Below, piece after piece: positions 52,384 to 61,952 of a stretch of DNA of 64,000 nt (positions are counted from its first letter, which is position 1; every line of letters begins with the position of its first letter). The notes below the pieces were generated by a model. The model was given only the letters and a program-made list of their open reading frames with translations. It had not been told where the DNA came from and searched no databases. The position numbers were made by a program, and so were the translations under genes. The stretch is taken from assembly GCA_005882135.1 (NCBI GenBank), contig VBDR01000037.1, positions 23,595 through 87,594 of the forward strand, written 5' to 3'. This stretch comes from Chloroflexota bacterium (GTDB lineage Bacteria; Chloroflexota; Dormibacteria; Dormibacterales; Dormibacteraceae).

Positions 52384-53147
52384 CATCCAACGGGGTTCCC
52401 CTAGAGGACACGATCGCCGAGGCCAGGCGCGTGGCGGAGGCCGCAGCGGCACAGAAGCTCGGGGTGAAGCTGCTGGGAGGCGCCGGCATCCACCTGCACT
52501 CCCCCAGCGCCCAACACGCGCCCCTCAAAAGGAAGTACGGCGACCTCGACTACGTGATCTCGACGAAAGACCGCAAGCGGGCGCTCGCGTTTTTTCCATC
52601 GCTCGGCTACGAGGCGAACGACCGTTTCAATCTCATGCAGGGCGACCGGCGCCTTTACTTTTTCGACGGAAACAACGGCAAGCAGGTCGATGTGTTCATC
52701 GACGTGATCCGGATGTCGCACGTGATCGACCTGCGCGGCAGGCTGGGCCACACGGGGCCGTGCGCAAGCCCGGCCGACCTCCTCCTGAGCAAGCTGCAGA
52801 TCTTCGAGGTCAACCAGAAAGACATGGTCGACCTGACCGCCCTTCTGCTCGACCATCCGATCCAGGCTCAGGACGATGAGGCCATCGACGCAACGTACGT
52901 GGCACGGCTGGCGGCCGAGGACTGGGGCATATATAGGACGCTGCAGATCAACATCGGCAAGCTGCGCCACACAGTGGACGAGCTCGACGTCGACCGCGAG
53001 CTGGTGAAGTCACGCCTGGACGAGCTGTGGGCCGTCGTCGAGGCGCAGCCCAAGCCCCTGAAGTGGCGGATGCGCGCGCAGGTTGGCGACCGCATGCGCT
53101 GGTACGAGCTGCCGGAGGAAGTCCGGTCGCCTTACCAACCCGAGTGA
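52380..53147 (+). CDS. Nucleotidyltransferase-fold protein, AbiEii/DUF1814-like
   Basis: GTG 52380 (GTGA overlap with the ALDH stop). LLGGAGIHLH...KRKYGDLDYVIS (GG...DxD) and SKLQIFEVNQKDMVDLTALLL. The 5' part of ORF 51498..53147 is an out-of-frame shadow of the ALDH gene. Confidence 0.55.
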   Translation: MTSNGVPLEDTIAEARRVAEAAAAQKLGVKLLGGAGIHLHSPSAQHAPLKRKYGDLDYVISTKDRKRALAFFPSLGYEANDRFNLMQGDRRLYFFDGNNGKQVDVFIDVIRMSHVIDLRGRLGHTGPCASPADLLLSKLQIFEVNQKDMVDLTALLLDHPIQAQDDEAIDATYVARLAAEDWGIYRTLQINIGKLRHTVDELDVDRELVKSRLDELWAVVEAQPKPLKWRMRAQVGDRMRWYELPEEVRSPYQPE

Positions 53148-53151
53148 GCGG

Positions 53152-55662
53152 ATGAGCATTCCCGCTCACGCCCGCTGCGTCGTCATCGGATGCGGGATCG
53201 TCGGCAACAGCCTCGCCTACCACCTGACGCGCCTGGGCTGGCGCGACATCGTGCTCCTGGACAAGGGGCCGCTGCCCAATCCGGGCGGCTCGACCGGTCA
53301 CGCCTCCAACTTCATCTATCTCGTCGACCACTCGAAGGAGATGACTGCGCTCACAGTGGAGAGCGTCCGCCAGTACCGGGAGATGGGTGTGTTCGTTCAG
53401 TCAGGCGGGGTCGAGGTCGCGCGCACCACAGAGCGTCTGCAGGAGCTGACCAGGCGCATGGCCTCGGCGAACTCGTGGGGCATCGAGCCGGTGGCGATGT
53501 TGGCTCCGGAGCAGGTGAAAGAGCTGGTGCCCTACATCAACGAGTCGGTGATCCTGGGCGGTTTCTACACGCCCGGAGTCGGCGTGGTCGACTCGCTGCG
53601 CGCGGGGACGCTGATGCGCGAGAAGGGCCAGGCCGCGGGCGCGCTCCACGTGGCGCCGAAGATCGAGGTCGTCGGCATCGACGTCGAGCACGGGCGTGTG
53701 AAACGCGTGCGCACGACCGATGGCGACATCGAAGCCGAGACAGTCGCCATCACCTGCGGGGTGTGGAGCCCGCGAGTGGCGCGGATGGCAGGGGCGCGCA
53801 TCCCGCTGACCCCGGCGGTGCACCAGATGATTGACATCGGACCGGTGCCTCGCTTTCGCGGCGCCAAAAGTGACATCGAGCATCCGATCGTCCGCGACAT
53901 GGACACCAACATGTACGAACGCCAGGCCGGGGGCGACCTCGAGATCGGCTCCTACGCGCACCGACCGATCCTCTACGACCCGGACGACCTGCCATCCGTG
54001 GAGCAGGCAGCGCTCTCGCCGACGGAGTTTCCTTTCACCCAGGTCGATTTCGAGGAGCAGATGCAGCACGCGCTGGAGCTGATGCCCGAGATCGTCGGCG
54101 ACGAGTCGGTGGGCGTGAAGTACGCGATCAACGGCATCCTGTCGCTGACGCCGGACGGCATGCCGGTGCTCGGCGAGTCACCGGACGTGAAGGGTCTCTG
54201 GTCGGCCGCCGCCGTGTGGGTGAAGGAAGGACCGGGCACGGGCAGAGCCGTCGCCGAGTGGATGGTGCATGGGGAGTCGGAGATCGACCTCCATTCGTCC
54301 GATATCGCCCGCTTCCACGAACATCAGAAGACTCGCGCGCACGTGCGCGCGCGAGCCGCCGAAGGCTTCAACAAGACGTACGGCATCGTGCACCCGAGCG
54401 AGCAGTGGGCCACAAACCGGAACATCCGCCTGGCGCCGTTCCACGTCCGCGAGCGCGAGCTGGGGGCGGTGTTCTTCGAGGCGGCGGGGTGGGAGCGGCC
54501 GCAGTGGTACGAGTCAAATGCGCCGCTGCTCGAGGAGTACGGCGACCGGGTCAACCGCCGCACCGCGGAGTGGGAGTCGCGTTGGTGGTCGCCCATCATC
54601 AACGCCGAGCACCTGGCGATGCGTGAGCGGGCGGGCCTGTTCGACCTGTCCGCGTTCACGATCTTCGACCTTATCGGGCCGGGCGCGCTCGCTTCCGCGC
54701 AGTGCGCGGCACTGCGCCAGGTGGACGTGCCCGTCGGACGCGTCGTCTACACGCCGGTGTTGAGCCCGAACGGCGGATTCAAGTCCGACCTCACGATCAT
54801 GCGGCTGGGCGACGAACACTTCAGGGTTGTGACCGGCGGCGCGGCCGGAATGTCGGACAGGAAGTGGTTTCGCGACCAGCTCGTGGCCGGCGCGGAGCTT
54901 GCGGACATGACCTCGTCGATGACGACGATCGGGCTGTGGGGCCCCCGAGCGCGAGACATCCTCGCCAGCACCACATCTGACGACGTCTCCAACGAGGGGT
55001 TCAAGTTCGGCACCTGCCGCACGATCGAGATCGGCACCCAACGCGTGCTGGCCTCTCGCATCTCATACGTCGGGGACCTCGGCTGGGAGCTGTACGTCCC
55101 GATCGAGCAGGGTCTCAGGTTGTGGGACGCGCTCTGGGAGGCCGGACGTCCACACGGCCTCGCGGCCTGTGGCATCGGCGTGTACGGCAGCACCGGCCGG
55201 CTCGAGAAGTCCTACCGCGCGCACGGCAACGAGCTCGAGACCGAGTACAACGTGGTCGAGGCCGGGATGACCGCGCCCCGGGTGAAGGAAGAGGACTTCA
55301 TCGGCAAGGCCGCGCACCTGCGCCACCGCGAAGAGGAGCCCGCCGCGATTCTCTGCAGTCTCACGGTTGACGACCACCGCTCGAAAGGCGGCGAGAAGCG
55401 GTACATGCTCGGCCGCGAGCCGATCCTGACCCGAGACGGGAAGCGGATCGTGGATCGACTCGGACGCGGCTCGTACGTGACCAGCGCCGGGGCGGGACCC
55501 TCGGTCGGCAAGCACATCCTGATGGCCTACCTCACGCCCGCGGAGGCGGTGGTCGGCAACCGGCTGTTGGTCGAGTACATGGGCGAGCGGTACCCGGTGA
55601 CGGTCGCGGTGGCCGGGGCGATGCCGCTGTTCGACCCTGAGAACACTCGCATCAGGGGCTAG
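53152..55662 (+). CDS. FAD-dependent dehydrogenase fused to a GcvT-type domain (sarcosine/dimethylglycine dehydrogenase family), paralogue 2
   Basis: ATG 53152, 4 nt after the upstream stop. VVIGCGIVGNS, GGSTGHASNF, ISYVGDLGWELY. Confidence 0.85.
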   Translation: MSIPAHARCVVIGCGIVGNSLAYHLTRLGWRDIVLLDKGPLPNPGGSTGHASNFIYLVDHSKEMTALTVESVRQYREMGVFVQSGGVEVARTTERLQELTRRMASANSWGIEPVAMLAPEQVKELVPYINESVILGGFYTPGVGVVDSLRAGTLMREKGQAAGALHVAPKIEVVGIDVEHGRVKRVRTTDGDIEAETVAITCGVWSPRVARMAGARIPLTPAVHQMIDIGPVPRFRGAKSDIEHPIVRDMDTNMYERQAGGDLEIGSYAHRPILYDPDDLPSVEQAALSPTEFPFTQVDFEEQMQHALELMPEIVGDESVGVKYAINGILSLTPDGMPVLGESPDVKGLWSAAAVWVKEGPGTGRAVAEWMVHGESEIDLHSSDIARFHEHQKTRAHVRARAAEGFNKTYGIVHPSEQWATNRNIRLAPFHVRERELGAVFFEAAGWERPQWYESNAPLLEEYGDRVNRRTAEWESRWWSPIINAEHLAMRERAGLFDLSAFTIFDLIGPGALASAQCAALRQVDVPVGRVVYTPVLSPNGGFKSDLTIMRLGDEHFRVVTGGAAGMSDRKWFRDQLVAGAELADMTSSMTTIGLWGPRARDILASTTSDDVSNEGFKFGTCRTIEIGTQRVLASRISYVGDLGWELYVPIEQGLRLWDALWEAGRPHGLAACGIGVYGSTGRLEKSYRAHGNELETEYNVVEAGMTAPRVKEEDFIGKAAHLRHREEEPAAILCSLTVDDHRSKGGEKRYMLGREPILTRDGKRIVDRLGRGSYVTSAGAGPSVGKHILMAYLTPAEAVVGNRLLVEYMGERYPVTVAVAGAMPLFDPENTRIRG

Positions 55663-56427
55663 ATGCGCATCTCAGCTTGTATCAAGCGGGTGCCGATCAC
55701 CGGTGGCAGGATCTTGCTGACCGAGGACGCACGCGCGATCAACACGCAGCACCTGGGTTTCACGATGAGCCCGCACGAGGAGTGCGGCGTGGAAGAGGCT
55801 GTGCGCCTGATCGAGGCCAACAAGGGCGACTCGGTCGTCCTCACGCTCGGCCCTCGGGAGGCGGTCGAGCAGCTGCGCGACGCGATGGCGCTCGGCGTCG
55901 ACCGCGGCATCCATCTCCAGACCGATGGGCGTGAATGGGATGGGGAGGCGACCGCCACGGCGCTTGTCGATGCCATCCGCGCGGATGAAGCCGACCACGG
56001 CCGCTTCGACATCATCTTCTTCGGCAACGAGTCCGCCGACTCAGGGGGATTCCAGGTCGGCATCCGAGTCGCATACGCGCTGGGCCGCGCATGCGTTACC
56101 GGCTTGAAGAAGGTCACGCTCCAAGGCGCATCGGTGCGGTGCGAGCAGGAGGTTGAGGCGGGGCGTGACGTGTACGTCGTGCCGCTGCCCGCGGTGCTCA
56201 CTGTGAAAGAGGGCCTGAACCTACCGCGCTATCCGTCGGTGCCCGGCCGCATGCGGGCCCGAAGCAAGCCCGTCTCCGTGGTCACGCCGATCCGGCCGGA
56301 CCCGCGGCTGGAGCTGGTGAGCCTCGCCGTGCCCGCGGGCCAGGGCCGCCGCGCGGAGTCGCTGGGCAGCGGGGCGGCGGCAGCGCCCGCGGTGGTCGAG
56401 TTGCTGCGCAAGGCGGGTGTCTTGTGA
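55663..56427 (+). CDS. etfB: Electron transfer flavoprotein beta subunit
   Basis: MRISACIKRVP...NPHEE-type MSPHEECGVEEA...FGNESADSG. The ATG directly abuts the upstream TAG. Confidence 0.88.
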   Translation: MRISACIKRVPITGGRILLTEDARAINTQHLGFTMSPHEECGVEEAVRLIEANKGDSVVLTLGPREAVEQLRDAMALGVDRGIHLQTDGREWDGEATATALVDAIRADEADHGRFDIIFFGNESADSGGFQVGIRVAYALGRACVTGLKKVTLQGASVRCEQEVEAGRDVYVVPLPAVLTVKEGLNLPRYPSVPGRMRARSKPVSVVTPIRPDPRLELVSLAVPAGQGRRAESLGSGAAAAPAVVELLRKAGVL

Positions 56428-57296
56428 GCGTCCTGATCCTGACCGACGGGAGCGATGCGTCGAGGCAGGCGCTGACGCTCGCGCGGAGGTTCGGTGACCC
56501 CGTGCATGCGGTGCACATGGACGCCGTGGCGCCTTTCGCGCCGGACTCCCTGGCCGCCATCCTCCAGCAGGTCGCCGACGAGCTGAACGCCGCGGCGGTA
56601 TTTGCCGCCGGCACGGATCGCGGCAACGAGGTGATGGCCCGGCTGGCCGCGCGCGCGGGACTGCCGCTCGCAGCGAACTGCGTCGCCGTCACCCCCGGCG
56701 CGCCCGCGGCGCTGACCCGGTTGCGGTGGGGTGGCAGCCTGCTCGAGGAGGCCAGGCTGCACAGCCCGCGTCCGCTGATCACGGTCGCACCCCACACCGT
56801 GTCCATCGAAGAGGGCCCAGAGCCGATCGACGTGGACGTCGCCCGCTTCGTCGAGGAGCTCGATGAACGCGACCTGCTGGTCCGGGCGTCCGACCACGTC
56901 GCGCCGCAAGACGGCGGCGTCTCGCTGACGACCGCGAAGGTGATCGTCAGCGGAGGTCGCGGTGTCGGTTCCAAAGAAGGTTTCGCCATCATCGAGGAGC
57001 TGGCCGGCTTGCTGGGCGCGGCCGTCGGCTGCTCGCGGGCGGTGACCAGCGCGGGTTGGCGGCCGCACTCCGACCAGGTCGGCCAGACTGGGACCAAGGT
57101 GGCGCCGGAGGTCTACATCGCATGCGGCATCTCGGGCGCGACCCAGCACATGGCAGGCCTGAAGGGCGCCAAGCGGATCCTGGCGATCAACTCCGACCCC
57201 CAGGCGCCGCTGATGCTCAACGCCGACTACACGGTGACCGGCGACCTGAAGGAGGTCGTGCCGGCGATCACCGCCGAGATCCGCAAACGCACGTGA
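56424..57296 (+). CDS. etfA: Electron transfer flavoprotein alpha subunit
   Basis: VSGGRGVG...QVGQTGTKVAPEVYIACGISGATQHMAG...LAINSD. Confidence 0.9.
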   Translation: MSVLILTDGSDASRQALTLARRFGDPVHAVHMDAVAPFAPDSLAAILQQVADELNAAAVFAAGTDRGNEVMARLAARAGLPLAANCVAVTPGAPAALTRLRWGGSLLEEARLHSPRPLITVAPHTVSIEEGPEPIDVDVARFVEELDERDLLVRASDHVAPQDGGVSLTTAKVIVSGGRGVGSKEGFAIIEELAGLLGAAVGCSRAVTSAGWRPHSDQVGQTGTKVAPEVYIACGISGATQHMAGLKGAKRILAINSDPQAPLMLNADYTVTGDLKEVVPAITAEIRKRT

Positions 57297-59236
57297 ACAT
57301 CGCGCAGGCAACCGCCCTGGCCCTGGCGCTCGCGGTTGCGGGCACGCTCTTCGGCCGCCGCGCCTGGACCCTCTACAGGCTTCTGCGATCCGGCAAGCCG
57401 GCGGCGCGCTTCGACGACGTGCGGGCCCGAGCACGCGCAGAGGCGACTGTGGTGGTCGGCCAGAGCAAGCTGCTGCAGCGGTTGCTCCCCGGCCTGATGC
57501 ACGCCGCCATCTTCTGGGGCTTCCTCGTCCTCTTCCCCACAATCGTCATCGCCATGACCGGCGCGGTCGACCCGCGCTCGACGCTGCCGTGGCTTGGCGC
57601 GCAGGGTTGGTACGCCCTTCTGGTCGACGTGTTCGCGCTGCTGGTGCTCATCGGTGTGATCACCGCCCTCGTCATCCGCAAGGTCCAGAGACCTGCTCGT
57701 TTCAAGGGCAGTCACCTGGGCGAGGCGGACCTCATCCTCGCCTTGATCGCGGGCATCGTCACCACGCTCCTCCTCTGGCATGCGTCGCAGATCGCGCTGC
57801 GTCTGAACGACTACCCGGCGCCGTGGGCGCCGATATCCGAGTCGCTGTCGCACGTCGTCGCACCGGCGGCCCCGGTGCTCGAGCGCGTGGCGGTGTGGGC
57901 TCACGTGCTGATCATCCTTTCGTTCCTCGTCTATCTCCCTTACTCCAAGCACCTGCACATCCTCGTCGCGGCCTTCAACGTGTATTTCGGAAGGACTCGT
58001 TCGCCGGGCCGTATCGAACCGATCGATTTCGAAAGGCCCGAGGCTGAGGTTCGCTTCGGTTCCGCTCGCGCGAGCGATATGACCTGGAAGCAGATGCTCG
58101 ACACCATGTCGTGCACCGAATGTGGCCGGTGCCAGGACGTGTGCCCCGCCTACGCGACGGGCAAGGCATTGTCGCCAAAGCTCTTGATCATGGCGATGCG
58201 CGACCAGCTGCTGAGCGGTGCGTCCACGCCCATCGTGCCCAACGCGGTGAGCGACGACATCGTTTGGGACTGCGTCACATGCGGCGCTTGCGTCCGCGAG
58301 TGCCCCGTCGGGATCGAGCACATCGACCACGTGATCGACCTGCGCCGCAACCTGGTCATGGTCGAGTCCCGTTTTCCGGAGGAAGCCGGCACCATGCTGC
58401 GCGACGTCGATCGCACCTCCAATCCCTGGGGCAAGCCGCAGGCCGACCGCGTGCAGTGGGCCGAAGGACTCGGCGTTCGCGTCCTGCAACCGGGCGAACG
58501 CGCGCCGGAAGTCCTCTTCTGGGTCGGCTGCGCTCCTGCCTTCGACGAGCGCGCGCGCAAGGCCGCCATCTCGACGGCGAAATTGATGCAGATGGCCGGC
58601 GTCGACTTCGCGATCCTCGGGCCGCGCGAAGGCTGCACCGGAGACCCGGCCCGGCGCATGGGCGACGAATACACGTTTCAGAGGCTGGCGGGCGAAAACG
58701 TGGCGACGCTGAACGGTGCGGCCGTGAAGAAGATCGTCACGACCTGCCCGCACTGCTTCAACACCCTGGGTAAGGAGTACTCCGATTTCGGAGGCACGTA
58801 TGAGGTGGTGCACCACACGCAGTTCCTGGCCGACCTGGTCCACGAAGGCAAGCTCGCGCCGATGCCGAGCGAGCAAACGATCACCTATCACGACTCGTGC
58901 TACCTGGCCCGGCACAACGACGTTCGCGCCGCGCCGCGTGAGCTCGTCTCCGCCGTGGGCCAGGCGATCGAGATGCCGCGCAACCGCGAGCGAACCTTCT
59001 GCTGCGGCGCCGGCGGCGCGCGCATGTGGATGGAGGAGAAGCGGGGCCGCCCGATCAACCAGGAGCGCGTGCGCGAGGCGGTGGCGACCGGAGCCGAAAC
59101 CCTCGCCGTGGCGTGCCCGTTCTGCACGGTGATGCTCGACGACGGGATGCGCGAGACGGGCGCGAAAATGCAGGTTTTCGACCTGGCCACGCTGCTGGCG
59201 GAGGCCGTTGAGCGGCGACGGGCGCTGGCTACTTAG
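57293..59236 (+). CDS. Membrane-bound Fe-S oxidoreductase: N-terminal 5-6 TM domain, 2x[4Fe-4S] ferredoxin motifs and two CCG domains (EtfD / Rv0338c-like ETF:quinone reductase candidate)
   Basis: GTG 57293 (GTGA overlap with etfA). TM helices up to LPYSKHLHI. CTECGRCQDVCP and CVTCGACVRECP. CPHC...CCGAGG cysteine-rich repeats. Confidence 0.75.
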   Translation: MNIAQATALALALAVAGTLFGRRAWTLYRLLRSGKPAARFDDVRARARAEATVVVGQSKLLQRLLPGLMHAAIFWGFLVLFPTIVIAMTGAVDPRSTLPWLGAQGWYALLVDVFALLVLIGVITALVIRKVQRPARFKGSHLGEADLILALIAGIVTTLLLWHASQIALRLNDYPAPWAPISESLSHVVAPAAPVLERVAVWAHVLIILSFLVYLPYSKHLHILVAAFNVYFGRTRSPGRIEPIDFERPEAEVRFGSARASDMTWKQMLDTMSCTECGRCQDVCPAYATGKALSPKLLIMAMRDQLLSGASTPIVPNAVSDDIVWDCVTCGACVRECPVGIEHIDHVIDLRRNLVMVESRFPEEAGTMLRDVDRTSNPWGKPQADRVQWAEGLGVRVLQPGERAPEVLFWVGCAPAFDERARKAAISTAKLMQMAGVDFAILGPREGCTGDPARRMGDEYTFQRLAGENVATLNGAAVKKIVTTCPHCFNTLGKEYSDFGGTYEVVHHTQFLADLVHEGKLAPMPSEQTITYHDSCYLARHNDVRAAPRELVSAVGQAIEMPRNRERTFCCGAGGARMWMEEKRGRPINQERVREAVATGAETLAVACPFCTVMLDDGMRETGAKMQVFDLATLLAEAVERRRALAT

Positions 59237-59239
59237 AGC

Positions 59240-60133
59240 CTAAGACTCCTCGGCGGCCACCCGGAACAGGACGCGGTTGGCCGACGGGTCGGCGGCGGCC
59301 AGGCCGTCACCCTCTTCGACAACCCGGACCCCGGCATGTTCGAGTCGCCCGACCACATCGTCGAGGTCACCTCTCGCCGGCAGCTCGATCGTGTAGCGGC
59401 GAAGGCCGGCCGAGCCGGGAGGCGCGGGCGGGGCACCTTCGCCGGCCCACGTGTTCAGGCCCACGTGATGGTGATAGCCGCCCGCCGACACAAAGCCGAC
59501 GCCGGGCACGTGGCCCATGACGTCGAAGCCGACCAGGTCGTGGTAGAAACGCAGGGCATCTTCGACGTCGGCAACATGGAGGTGGATGTGACCCATCTTG
59601 GTGCCGAGGGGCAGCGGCCCATCCAGGCGGTCATCCGCATCGAGATGGCTGAACAGCTCCTCGAGGTCGATCGGGTCGCGGCCGGATCGCGGGCGACCGT
59701 CCTTGTCATAAGCGGCGAACGTGCCGTTGGCGAACCCCATGGTTCCGTCCTCCGGCGACTCGGTGTAGATCTCGATCCCGTTGCCGTCCGGGTCCCAGAG
59801 GTAGTTTGCCTTGGTCATCACATGGTCGGTGGGGTACTGCTCCCATCGCAGGCGGGCCAGGCGGCCGATCACGCGCGCCAGCTCCCGCCGGTCGGGCACC
59901 ACGACGGCGAGGTGATAGAGGCCCGAGGTTCTGGGGACGACCGGTCGCTCGGCGTCGGGGTACAGCACGACAAGCTCGCGTCCCGCGGCCCCGAGCCGGA
60001 TCTCCGGCCCGCCTGAAGCAAGTGGGGTCAGGCCCACATAGTCGCGGTAGAAGCGGAGCGCGCGGTCACCGTCGGTGACGGCAAGCTCGACTGCGCCTAC
60101 GCCGGTTTTCGCGGCGATCGATTGGGTCTTCAT
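59240..60133 (-). CDS. Two-domain VOC (glyoxalase / extradiol dioxygenase-like) protein
   Basis: Duplicated VOC modules (LYHLAVVV... and IHLHVADV...GYHHHVGLN). Confidence 0.75.
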   Translation of the reverse strand: MKTQSIAAKTGVGAVELAVTDGDRALRFYRDYVGLTPLASGGPEIRLGAAGRELVVLYPDAERPVVPRTSGLYHLAVVVPDRRELARVIGRLARLRWEQYPTDHVMTKANYLWDPDGNGIEIYTESPEDGTMGFANGTFAAYDKDGRPRSGRDPIDLEELFSHLDADDRLDGPLPLGTKMGHIHLHVADVEDALRFYHDLVGFDVMGHVPGVGFVSAGGYHHHVGLNTWAGEGAPPAPPGSAGLRRYTIELPARGDLDDVVGRLEHAGVRVVEEGDGLAAADPSANRVLFRVAAEES

Positions 60134-60192
60134 TACTCCATTGGTACCCGGACGAGGCTCGGACTATTCAGAAGGGCCCCGGCAGCCCCTCC

Positions 60193-60228
60193 GGCGCCTT
60201 CGGCGCCACCTCCCCATGAATGGGGAGG
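60193..60228 (-). terminator. Two GC-rich hairpins between fhs and the VOC gene (attenuator or weak terminator)
   Basis: GGCGCC-TTC-GGCGCC (60193-60207) and CCTCCCCAT-GA-ATGGGGAGG (60209-60228). No clear U tract follows. Confidence 0.3.
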
Positions 60229-60251
60229 CGGTTTAGCTGCCCGCCTGCCTC

Positions 60252-61952
60252 CTAGCTCAGGCCGACGATGTCGCCTTTTTCGTCGATGTCGATCCGGGCG
60301 GCGTTCGGATGCGACGGCAGGCCGGGCATCGTCCGCATCTCACCGCAGATCGGGTAGATGAACCCCGCCCCGACCGAGGCACGCACCTCACGGACGCGCA
60401 TCTGCCAGCCGGTCGGCGCGCCTTTGAGCGCCGGATCGGAAGAGATCGACAGGTGAGTTTTCGCGATGCAGACGCCCAGCCCACCGAATCCGTTGCGCTC
60501 GTACGAGTCGAGCTGCGCCGCCGCATCCTTCTGGTACTCGATGCTGCCCGCGCCGTACACCCTCGTCGCGATCGTCTCGATCTTGTCGCGCAGGCTCATT
60601 TGTTCGGGATAGAGGAAGTGGAACGAACTTGGTTCGGCGGCTGCCTCGACCACAGCTTCCGCGAGCTCGGTGGCTCCTTTACCCCCCTCGGCGAAGTTGT
60701 GGCACGCAGCGGATCGCACGCCGAGCTCGTCGGCGATCTCGCGCACCGCCGCGTGTTCCGAGGCATGGTCGCCCGGAAAGGCATTGATCGCGATCACAGG
60801 GGTGACGCCATGCAGCTTGATGTTCTCGACCTGCTTGCGCAGGTTGGGCGCCCCCGCCCAGACGTCGTCCGGACTCTCCTTGAGCATCTCCGGGGGAAGC
60901 GGCTTGCCCGCGACAACCTTGAAGCGGCCGGAGTGAACCTTCAAAGCGCGGACGGTGGCGACGATGACCGCGGCGTCCGGCACCAGCCCCGAGGCACGGC
61001 ATTTGATGTTGAAGAAGCGCTCGGCGCCCATATCGGCGGCAAACCCGGCCTCGGTGACGAGGAAGTCGCCGCAGCGGATGCCGATCAGGTCCGCGATCAC
61101 CGACGAGTTGCCGGTCGCGATGTTGCCGAACGGACCGGCGTGGACGAGGACGGGCGTGTTCTCGAGCGTTTGGAGCAGGTTCGGCTTGATCGCGTCGCGC
61201 AGGACGACTGTCATCGCTCCCGCGGCGTGGAGCTCCTCTGCCGTGATCGGCTTGCCATCGGTCGTGTTGCCGATCACGATCCTTCCCAACCGCCTGCGCA
61301 TGTCCTGCAGCGATGTGGTCAGCGCCAGGACCGTCATGACCTCAGAGGCGGCCGTGATGTCAAAGCCCGTCTGCCGGATGACGCCGTCTTCGTGCGCACC
61401 GAGGCCGACGACGATGTTGCGAAGCACCCGGTCGCTGACGTCGATCACCCGCCTCCACGTCACGCTGTCGCGGTCGACCAGCGCCTCGTGGTGGTAGATG
61501 TGGTTGTCGATCATCGCCGCGAGCAGGTTGTGCGCAGCAGTGATGGCGTGCATGTCACCGGTCAGGTGCAGGTTCAGTCGTTCCATCGGGACGACCTGGC
61601 TGTGGCCGCCGCCGGCGGCTCCGCCCTTGATGCCGAACGTCGGGCCCATCGAGGGCTGGCGAATCGCAACGGTCGAGCGCTTGCCGATATGCGACAGAGC
61701 CTGCCCCAGGCCGACGGTCGTGGTTGTCTTGCCCTCTCCCAACGGCGTCGGGGTGATCGCGGAGACGACAACGTATTTGGCCTTGGGCCGGTCCTTGAGC
61801 TCGTCGATCGCGTCGAGCTTGATCTTCGCCACGTCATGGCCGTACGGCTCGAGCAGGTGCGGCCCGATCCCCATCCTGGCCGCGATCTCGGGCATCGGCA
61901 GCAATCGCGCCTTGCGCGCGATCTGGAGATCAGTCGGAAACTCAACCTTCAT
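60252..61952 (-). CDS. fhs: Formate-tetrahydrofolate ligase
   Basis: Start at ATG 61952 (MKVEFPTDLQIARKA...). PTPLGEGKTTTTVGL and EAGFAADMG motifs. Confidence 0.92.
   Translation of the reverse strand: MKVEFPTDLQIARKARLLPMPEIAARMGIGPHLLEPYGHDVAKIKLDAIDELKDRPKAKYVVVSAITPTPLGEGKTTTTVGLGQALSHIGKRSTVAIRQPSMGPTFGIKGGAAGGGHSQVVPMERLNLHLTGDMHAITAAHNLLAAMIDNHIYHHEALVDRDSVTWRRVIDVSDRVLRNIVVGLGAHEDGVIRQTGFDITAASEVMTVLALTTSLQDMRRRLGRIVIGNTTDGKPITAEELHAAGAMTVVLRDAIKPNLLQTLENTPVLVHAGPFGNIATGNSSVIADLIGIRCGDFLVTEAGFAADMGAERFFNIKCRASGLVPDAAVIVATVRALKVHSGRFKVVAGKPLPPEMLKESPDDVWAGAPNLRKQVENIKLHGVTPVIAINAFPGDHASEHAAVREIADELGVRSAACHNFAEGGKGATELAEAVVEAAAEPSSFHFLYPEQMSLRDKIETIATRVYGAGSIEYQKDAAAQLDSYERNGFGGLGVCIAKTHLSISSDPALKGAPTGWQMRVREVRASVGAGFIYPICGEMRTMPGLPSHPNAARIDIDEKGDIVGLS

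Noticed and set aside
50938-52452. 504-aa minus-strand ORF. Similar antisense ORFs are at 57227-58915, 60309-61973, 43225-44472, 44779-46065, 17179-18177, 18546-19787, 19805-21019, 9268-10272 and 35874-36767.
   Set aside because: Each mirrors a strongly supported gene on the other strand (ALDH, EtfD-like, fhs, FAD-GcvT, accD/fabG, fabD, fabH, MFS, GT87). All are Arg/Pro/Gly-rich without family signatures.
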